DNA from: Octopus sinensis
Lineage: Eukaryota
Reading direction: 5' to 3'
Assembly: GCF_006345805.1 (NCBI RefSeq)
Contig: NW_021832487.1
Coordinates: 1-30,649, forward strand
DNA: 30,649 nt
The notes beneath the pieces are model-generated. The model searched no databases. It was not told the origin of the DNA and was given only the letters and a program-made list of their open reading frames with translations. A program made the position numbers and the translations under genes. Below, piece after piece: positions 22,641 through 30,649 of the stretch; the stretch's first letter is position 1, and each line of letters starts with the position of its first letter.

Positions 22641-23310
22641 TATGTATTTATTACTGTTAGTTTTTGTAAAAGACCAACACAGTTAAAACACTTTGTGCAG
22701 TAAAGAAATTTCCGGTTAATCGTTCTCGGCTGGTGTAAGTTATTTCTTCACGCGACTCGAGAAATACATTTTCATTCAGTAACTCAGCCAGTCGTCACTT
22801 CAGTTCAGCCGACAGCAACAAACCACACCAACACACTACAACCACGACACTGCTATCACTACTCAATGCAAAGAAGGTGTTGCTGGCTACGGCTATTGTA
22901 CTGAGCAACATGCCTCATCGTATGTTATGTTTGGCGTCTTCCGGACTCTAAGACTGTACGACGACTAAATTGTTGTTATTGGCAGAAATACACACAAGAA
23001 ACTAAGGATCCACCAAAGATAATAGAGACAGAGATTCTTGGCCACGGCATGGCTTAAGGGAGGAGATATATTTACGACGGGCTTGTTCTCAGCGTCACTA
23101 CACGTGTTTCAATAGCATGGTTTATTCTCATATATGAAATCCATTAAAAATCACGCAACATTACGTAAATTCATATTGTTACGTAACCATTCCATTTCAT
23201 CAGATGATATTCAGCTAAATATTTTAGCGAAAAAATACGATAAATATGTTTGGTTATGAAACCCTCTTCCCTCATAGAATTTCACCTTTCAGACTCGTTT
23301 AACTGAGGTA

Positions 23311-23372
23311 AGAGTATTTTGGGACACCGCAATGGTTCGGCCTATTCGAGCCTCTTCAGTTAAAGCTACTCT
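23311..23372 (-). ncRNA. Degenerate hammerhead-like motif, probably inactive
   Basis: CTGAAGA GGC-TCGAATAG-GCC GAAC (A15.1 changed to C) CAT-TGCG-GTG TC. Distal stem I AGAGTA/TACTCT is intact; the two proximal pairs are broken. Confidence 0.45.
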
Positions 23373-23689
23373 CGGATCAAAGAATCTAAACAAGAACTGT
23401 TGCTCTTATTTAGCACATTCACTTTCGAATCTGCCGGAACAATATTAAGAGTGAATATATACGCAGATGTTTTGCTTCTCTCTGTTCTTCGGTACATGAT
23501 CAATTATCATAATTTTCTGTAAATTTTTTAAAAAATGTAACACCATTCTAGAGAAACCTGATTAAACTGCAGATTCCGATGTGTAAGTTAATTAAATATT
23601 AATTATGGAATTTTCCTTCTTGGAGATTGATTGTTTTCGCTGCAACTAAGGATCTCAATCTACCCTTTCAAAAATCAATTTAACCCATA

Positions 23690-23835
23690 AATGGGACCCT
23701 GATGGGTACTACCGTTTCGCATCAGAACTGACCTGGGTGTAAGGGTAAGTAAGGGGTGATACCATGCTCCCCACAACTGCAGAACTCCAAAAATGGAGTC
23801 TCGCCACCGGATGCTGTTAAATGTCATACCCAGGA
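23690..23835 (+). mobile_element. Interspersed repeat fragment, SINE-like 3' part
   Basis: GGGACCCTGATGGGTACTACC...GACCTGGG...CAGAACT...GGAGTCTCGCCACCGGATGC...TGTCATACCCAGG resembles, from memory, a common invertebrate retroposon. No second copy in the window. Confidence 0.4.
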
Positions 23836-23890
23836 AATTAACTGTCTCAGATCATTGTAATATTAGTATACTATTGCTATATTTCTAATC

Positions 23891-24037
23891 GTGTGCAGAC
23901 AATTCGCCGACAGACAACAATTCACCGTTTGGATAATTGGCTGATTGGACAATAACTCGACATGTGGAAGTATCGATCATGGAGTATCTGTAAGTTGTCT
24001 GTTGGCCAATTGTCTGTCGAAGAATTGTGCGTCTACC
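23891..24037. mobile_element. Small MITE-like element with imperfect terminal inverted repeats
   Basis: GCAGACAATTCGCCGACAGACAA at the left versus TTGTCTGTCGAAGAATTGTGCGTC at the right. Confidence 0.45.
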
Positions 24038-24043
24038 ATATCT

Positions 24044-24802
24044 AATAAGCTGACCTACCAACTTTTGTTAATCTAGATTGTAGGGGACAGTTGTAACAAC
24101 ATTTTGAACACACCCTACTAAGCACTGCTTGTCACGGCTGACTAACATACGGAATGCATTCGGGACCGCTTTGCGATAGTTTTGTGTTAAACTGGGCAAA
24201 ACTTGTGAAACGCTGCAGACTGCTAAACTCGTTTGCAGGCACAACAGGTTCAAGTATGATAAAGAGGAAGTGAGAGACAATGAGAGGTGTGCGAAGAAGA
24301 GGAGTGTCAGAACATCAGAGTTGATTGAGAAAATTCGCAGTTTTCTTGATGAAGACCATCGCGTATTTATTATGACAATAAGCATACAATTCGGAGTTGG
24401 TGCGGAAACTGTACGCAGAATTACTCATGAAGATCTGAATGTGCACAAGATTTGTGCAAGGTTTGTTCCCTGGGTACACAGGGACGAGAATCTTCACGAT
24501 CAACTACTTGACAATGATAGGCATCATAATTTCCCCTTACCCTCCCTACAACTCAGACCTTGTTCCCTGTGACATTTGGTTGTTCCTCAGACTGAAGGAG
24601 GACCTCAGAAGCAGTCGTTTGTAGGATGAAGGAGGCTGTGACAAGGGTCCTTCCCTTTCGAGAACTTCAAAAGGGTCCCCAGGAAATAGCTGGGCTTCTA
24701 TATTGAAGTCTATTTTCAAAAAGATTAGAGTTTTGTATTTCTTTGAAATTAATAAACGTCTCTCTTGAAAATGTCTGAAAACTTGTAGAATGAATCTTGC
24801 AT
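24044..24802 (+). mobile_element. Internally deleted mariner (D34D-type) transposon relic
   Basis: EVRDNERC...RTSELIEKIRSFLDEDHRV...HEDLNVHKICARFVPWV (HTH and WVPHEL-linker equivalent), then YPPYNSDLVPCDIWLFLRLK (YSPDLAPxD equivalent). The catalytic core between them is deleted. End coordinates are approximate. Confidence 0.8.
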
Positions 24803-24845
24803 GTGTATACATATGTATATGTATATGTGTGTGTTTGTGTGCATA

Positions 24846-26110
24846 CATGGTACGTAAGGTATTTGAGTACATACCTTTTTGGGGTCATTGTTGCATTTTT
24901 TGCCAACTCTGTATAATCTTCGTTTCAGAAAATAATAATGGCAGACCCTCAGCTTACTCAAAAAAATGAAGAGACATGCTGTTATTGTGGTTATAAAGGT
25001 TGAGCATAGTGATTTAGAAATATCTCGATTTTTAAAAGTTGCCAGATCTTTCGTCTACAAAGTTTGTAAGGAGCGAGAGACTGAAGATGGAAACGTATCA
25101 CCAGTATCAAAGCATGAAAAGCATTCTAAATGCTCTGAAATTATTATAACACCTGAATTTATCCAGCAAGTTCAACAGACCATTGATTGCAATCCCAGAA
25201 AGTCCATGAGGTCAATTGCAAAAGATCTCCATGTATCAGAAGGAACAGTCAGAAATGATGTCCACGAAGACATCAGATATAAGTCTTATATGATGAGTAA
25301 AGGTCAATTTGTCAAAAAAAGCAAAAGAAAATCACTACATCAGATCTAAAAAGGCTCTTAAACAAACTGTAAAATCCAGCAGAAGAAGATTTTATTTGGT
25401 TTTTCTCAAATGAAAAATACTTCGACCAAAATCAAGAAGTTAACAAATGAAATGACAGATGGTTAGGTACTGATCCTTCTGAAGTTTCAAGTGTTATGCA
25501 TTCAAAATTTCCCGCAACTGTCATGGTTTTAAGAATTGTCAGCGATGAAGGACATGTGATGCTTCTTTACTTTTTCCCACACGGCTTTAGAGTTAACTAG
25601 AGTTAACGCCTACATTGAAGTCCTAGAAATAATTGTTAAGCCGTGGATAGACAGTGTATGCAATGGAAGGCTACATGTGTTTCAGTAAGACTCTGCACTA
25701 TCACTCAAGGCTCTCGTAACACAGGAATGGATGGCTGAAAATTTTCATGATCACATAACCCCTAACATTTACCATCCTAATTCCCCAAAGCTTAATCCAT
25801 TCGACTTTTACATGTGGAGCGTTGTTGAGAGAGAGGCCAATGAACATGCCCATAACACCAAAGATTCTTTCAAAGTTGCCACAGTCAGAGTAATGTTCAA
25901 ATTGAACCAGGACCATTTGATTTGAGCGTGTAGATGATTTAGATCTCATTTAGAAGCAGTTGCTGATGAAAAAGGTGGTTTTATTGAATAACATTATAGA
26001 AAAGAAGCTTTATTTTTATCCACATAGCATTTTTTGATAAAGTTATTATCTGTTATTATATATGTTTTTTTATAAACATAAATTTGTCCTCGAATATCCT
26101 ACGCACCCTG
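24846..26110 (+). mobile_element. Full-length maT/DD37D (Bmmar1-like) Tc1/mariner element
   Basis: TA-flanked (24844-24845 and 26111-26112). About 28-bp TIRs CATGGTACGTAAGGTATTTGAGTACATA and CAGGGTGCGTAGGATATTCGAGGACAAA (7 mismatches). Length 1265 bp. Confidence 0.88.
24966..25991 (+). pseudogene. DD37D transposase pseudogene
   Basis: MKRHAVIV...KSMRSIAKDLHVSEGTVR...WFFSNEKYF (first D changed to N)...FQ*DS-x-LNPFDFY, with exactly 37 residues between D at 25689 and D at 25803. Contains stops, frameshifts and a 10-bp duplication TAGAGTTAAC at 25588-25607. Confidence 0.9.
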
Positions 26111-26133
26111 TACACACACACACACACATGCAC

Positions 26134-26164
<31 letters not shown>

Positions 26165-26272
26165 CGTGTGTGTATGTATGCATTTGTATATATATATACA
26201 CATAAATAAAGCATACATAATGTATATATGTATATATATATATACATGCATAAATTATGCATACATACATAT

Positions 26273-26304
<32 letters not shown>

Positions 26305-26329
26305 GTACCTGCGTGTACCTGCGCCAACG

Positions 26330-26537
26330 CGTGTTTCCGTTTGTGCAACCCAAGACACACACATCGCTTGATAACCGGTGTTGAATTGTTTACAACACAG
26401 TAAACTTAGCGGTTTAGTATAAGAAACCGATAGAAAAAAGCCCCAGTGTTTAACAAAAAGAAAAAAAGCATAGGGTCCGGTTTCTACGACTCAAATTTTC
26501 AAAGAGCTGCCCTTCATGACTGAAACTAGTAAAAGAA
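26330..26537 (+). mobile_element. Degenerate SINE 3' half
   Basis: ACATCGCTTGATAACCGGTGTTG...AACTTAGCGGTT...ACCGATAGAA...TGACTGAAACTAGTAAAAG matches 7638-7810. Confidence 0.7.
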
Positions 26538-27199
26538 CGGAAGTGTTGAAGAATTTAGCGTAAAAGAGAATAGCAAGACACTTCGGAGGAATCCGCTTTT
26601 TGAAATGCAATTTTGAAATATATTTCTGTCATATTAGTCTGGGCAATTTAGATAAAACACTCTACATCAAATGAGAACAAATACAGCGGGGAAAGAAGGG
26701 AGAGATGAGGGAGACAAAGAGAGAACGAGAGAGAGATGGAGAAAGAAAGAGAGAAAGAGAGAGAGAGAGAGAGAGTGTTAAAAAAATGGCGGAATCTATA
26801 TGATAGAGAATTCTCGGCTATAATAACAAAGCGTCATATTTTATTGTGTGAGAAATACGGTGATGTGATTATGATTACGCGAAAATATAATTATATCAGA
26901 TTATACAGGATGATTCAAATGTAAATATTTTGCCACCAAACGGAATCAAATAAGTTACCAAATATTCCAAGCGATTAATGGGTCTTTTTTCTCTTTTTTT
27001 TTTATGCGTTTTCTGTTTTTGGTGCTAAATATGAATTAAAGCAGGACGGTTAGTTAACAGAAACGGTCGGTTCAGAATTACGGAATATTTAATGAGGAGA
27101 ACTTTTCTCTAGGAATTCAGTTTTAAATAAAACAAATGATATTAAGAGATAATGATATTGAATATCGTATGCGACTATATATGTGCGCGGATAGGCATG

Positions 27200-27495
27200 T
27201 AATTAGGGATATATGTATATCCATACACAGACAAAGACACATGCATACACACACACGGATACACACATACACACACTGATATGTATATATATATATATAT
27301 ATATATACTCACATGAATTCTGCCCCTCCGTGTGCATACACATACTTACACACATGGGCACACATACATACACGTATATACGCACATGTATATATATATA
27401 TATGTATGTGCGTGTGTGTGTGTGAGTGAGTGTGTGTATGCCTATATACATATATATATATATATGTATGTATATATATATATATATCTATATAT

Positions 27496-27593
<98 letters not shown>

Positions 27594-27600
27594 CATATAT
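27200..27600. repeat. (CA)n/(TG)n/(TA)n microsatellite
   Basis: Read directly. Confidence 0.92.
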
Positions 27601-27601
27601 A

Positions 27602-27749
27602 CGGCAATCCCTCGACTATCGCGGGTGTTACGTTCCAAAACCTCCCACAGAAATAACTAAAGTAAAAAATATATAAATACCTGTCAGCCGCAGAAACCCG
27701 GATGTACTGAGAGCGCGTTAGGTGAACCGCGATATGGCGGGGATTACTG
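27602..27749. mobile_element. Tigger/pogo-like MITE, 148 bp
   Basis: TA|CGGCAATCCCTCGACTATCGCGG ... CCGCGATATGGCGGGGATTACTG|TG. Tigger-type TIRs, inserted in a (TA)n tract. Confidence 0.78.
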
Positions 27750-27764
27750 TGTATACATATAATA

Positions 27765-27804
<40 letters not shown>

Positions 27805-27815
27805 CATGCATGTGA

Positions 27816-27855
<40 letters not shown>

Positions 27856-28630
27856 GTTAGGCTACAAAGAAATTCTTGTCGCATTTTTGACATGATCACT
27901 TCGAAGTTACTTTTTTAATACTTGTAATAAAATAAATATTAGATTTTACATCCTTATATGGTTTCTTTCTTTCTTTGTAAATTGTTTTATACAACAGTAA
28001 TTCACTTCGAATCGATTTTACCATTTTAAAATGCGTTTAGATCCGACTCAAACTAATTCAGGAGAAGTCTCTCAGCACTGGAAGCGTCGAGAAATATTCG
28101 TTCTGTCTATGGAGATGAAGCTTGAAGAATCCTGACAGCCAGCGATGGTTTGATCAGTTTTGCTTGGAAGATGTCCCTCTTGCAGATTCCGTTTGATCTG
28201 GACAACAAAGTTCTGTCAAAATTAAGATTCTGAAAACCCTAGCTGAAGAAAATCCAAAGCAAACACTTCGGTCATAAAACATTTTCACGAACAAAGAAAA
28301 GTGTCTAAATTTGGTCCGTGGTTCCATCATTATTTAACTGCTTCTCGTCATAGAACAGTAGACAAACTTTCTACCCAACATTTCCTGGCTAGAATCATTA
28401 TAAGTGCATGTATGATATTTTCAGTCAGAAATAATTTTTGCAAAACTGTTGTATGTGGGACTTACTACACTTTTGAAAAATGCTAAGCCGTTGTACAATA
28501 CTTTGAAGCAGCTGGAGATACGATAGTTTGACCAAAACAATCGGCTATTGCAAACAAAATTAGATATTAGAAAAAAAACACGTTTGGCCAAATCTGGACA
28601 TACGACAGTTTTACATAATAGCAACGATAT
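27856..28630 (+). mobile_element. Decayed, deleted mariner transposon relic
   Basis: Fragments SALEASRNIRSVYGDEA, SQRWFDQF...SGQQSSV...LKTLAEENPKQTLR, KHFHEQRKVSKFGPWFHHYLT and FLARII correspond to the mariner N-terminus and WVPHEL linker. Ends are approximate. Confidence 0.7.
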
Positions 28631-29200
28631 ATATCCACATAGGTGTATATATACGTATATAAATATACATATATATGGAAATATACCTACATAGATATCT
28701 ATCTAGCAAAATAAATAAATAAATATATTATATATATATATATTTATACCATATATATATGTATAATATATAATATATATATATAATATATATATATATA
28801 TTATATATATATATATATATATAGGGAGACTTCACAAAAGTGTGTGGTGTGTGCGCGTGCTAGCACACAACAATGCGATCGAGAGAGCTCATGTGTATGT
28901 GTGTTTATTATAAGATCTCCTTAAATAGATAACCACACACTATTCTTTCAATCAATACCAGAATCCGAAATTGTTTGCGGAGACAATTGTGAAATTAGTC
29001 TGAAAATACAACCATAAAATATCACTGTCCTGCGCAATCTTCCACTCCTTGACGAACAACAAATTATCTTAGACAATCAGAATGCTTTTGTTTGGCTACT
29101 AATTGTGGTGTGTGTGTGTGTGTGTGTGTGTGTGTGGTGTGCGTGTGTGTGTGTGTGCGGCATCAATGGATATATATAAACATACATACACACACACATA

Positions 29201-29349
29201 GCAGCAGGAGTGGCTGTGTGGTAAGTAGTTTGCTTCCCAACTACATGGTTCCAGATTCAGGCCCACTGCGTAGCACCTTGGGCAAGTGTCTTCTGATATA
29301 GCCTCGGCGTGACCAAAGCCTTGTGAGTCAATTTAGCTGACGGAAACTG
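29201..29349 (+). mobile_element. tRNA-derived SINE 5' half
   Basis: GCAGGAGTGGCTGTGTGGTAAGTAG...CACCTTGGGCAAGTGTCTTCT...GACCAAAGCCTTGTGAG...GGAAACTG. The CTTGGGCAAGT segment is CORE-like. Confidence 0.88.
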
Positions 29350-29352
29350 TTT

Positions 29353-29520
29353 TGTTCTTGAGCGTTATGTTCTTGAGCAAAACACTTGCTCCAGCCCACT
29401 CAGCTGGCAGAAATGAGTAACGCTGCGATGGACAGGTGTCCAGTCCAGCTGGGGAACACATACGCCATAGAAACCGGGAAACCGGGCCCATGAGCCTGGG
29501 TAGGCTTTAAAGGGGCATAT
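29353..29520 (+). mobile_element. 5'-truncated second SINE type joined to the first
   Basis: TCTTGAGCAAAACACTT...CCACTCAGCTGG...GCTGCGATGGACAGGTGTCCAGTCCAG...GAAACCGGGAAACCGGGCCC...GGCTTTAAAGGGGCAT, then an AT-rich tail. 11-bp duplication at its 5' edge. Confidence 0.6.
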
Positions 29521-29859
29521 TTATATTTATTATATTTATATAATAACTATAATATATATCATAATGATATTTATTCAGCGATTTGAAGCGATAAATTTTA
29601 AATATAAGCAAATGACTGAAAAATGATCAGCTAACCTCAGGCAGAATCGGACTCACAAATCGTTTTAGTGTTTGGTCCAGCTTTAAAAACTGGGTTAAGC
29701 GTGATTAAGATGGGGGGGTGCATTTTATTTCTAACACACTGTATTAAGTTTCCGTTCAGGGCTCGAAGTATAAAGAATTCTAAAGTTTTGTTATTGAAAA
29801 GCCATGTCCTCTACATAGAAATAATCATACTTGCTCCTACCATTTTTCTACTCCCCTTT

Positions 29860-29891
29860 TAAAGTCTTCTTCTCTCTCTCCCTTCTCTCTC

Positions 29892-29926
<35 letters not shown>

Positions 29927-30061
29927 AGCTTCCTCTCTCTCTTTTTCACCACTCCTGTTTTCCAACACTATTCTACACAACTTATCTCGTGCTTCTTTAA
30001 TTTCTCTCTACTCATTACCCCTCACCGCTTCTTCTTCTTCTCTTCTTCTTCTTCTTCTTCT

Positions 30062-30095
<34 letters not shown>

Positions 30096-30649
30096 TTTTC
30101 TCCCCTCCTTCTCCCCCTCTTTCTCCTCCTTAATCGCCTTCCTTCTCTTCTTCTTCTTCTTCTTCTTCTTCTCTTCTCCTTCTTCTTCTTCTTCTTCGTC
30201 TTCTCTTCTTTCCTCATCATAATAATCATCATCAACAAATCGTCATCTTCTTCTTCTTTTTCTTCTTCTTCTTCTTCTTCTTCGTCTTCTACTTACTACT
30301 ACTACTACTACTACTACTTATACTACTACTAACTACTTCCACTCTACTTCTGCTGCCTTCTACTACTCTTCCCTCTCTACTCCTCTCTCTCTCTCTCTCT
30401 CACTCTCTCTCTCTGTATTCTTCTCTCACGCACACACATCATTATTCCCCTTCATTTTATCCATTCCAATGCTGGTTCGCCTCCTGCTTCTTTCCTTCCT
30501 GACTTCTTCTTCTCTTTCCTCCCCTTATCCTCCTTCCAAACCTTAAAAACAATGGCCGCCATCATGCCGTGAATGTTCCTCGAGCGCCCCCCCCTTTCTC
30601 CCCCCCCCAACCCCCCCCCCCCTTTCTTCCCCCCCCCCCTTCCCCCCCT
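29860..30649. repeat. Polypyrimidine and compound repeat tract: (CT)n, (CTT)n, (CTA)n, poly-C
   Basis: Read directly. Confidence 0.93.

Noticed and set aside
136-29349. tRNA genes at A/B-box motifs
   Set aside because: No cloverleaf; all are SINE heads continuing into SINE bodies.
1706-30238. Dozens of ORFs rich in YI, CV, HT, poly-L, poly-I, poly-R, poly-N or poly-S
   Set aside because: They are translations of di- and trinucleotide microsatellites, stop-free by construction, with no domain content.

Overview
Eukaryotic repeat-dominated DNA with no host protein-coding gene that I can support. The (TA)n/(AAT)n microsatellite load and the tRNA-derived SINE types point to an octopus-like cephalopod genome; this is inferred from repeat content only. 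The window is a patchwork of microsatellites and transposon relics: an RTE LINE 3' end with C2H2 fingers interrupted by a SINE, several SINE copies, a CR1-group LINE tail, a Tx1/L1 fragment inside Helitron-like repeats, a ~500-bp-arm inverted duplication carrying a hAT MITE, and four Tc1/mariner/pogo elements, including a full-length DD37D maT pseudogene. The most notable signal is invisible to the ORF track: three well-formed type I hammerhead ribozyme motifs (7919-8014 +, 14730-14777 +, 21854-21898 -) and two degenerate candidates. The three good motifs each have a different palindromic stem III, and two lie next to Penelope-like retroelement RT or endonuclease remnants. Family assignments come from motif recognition by eye, not from database searches.
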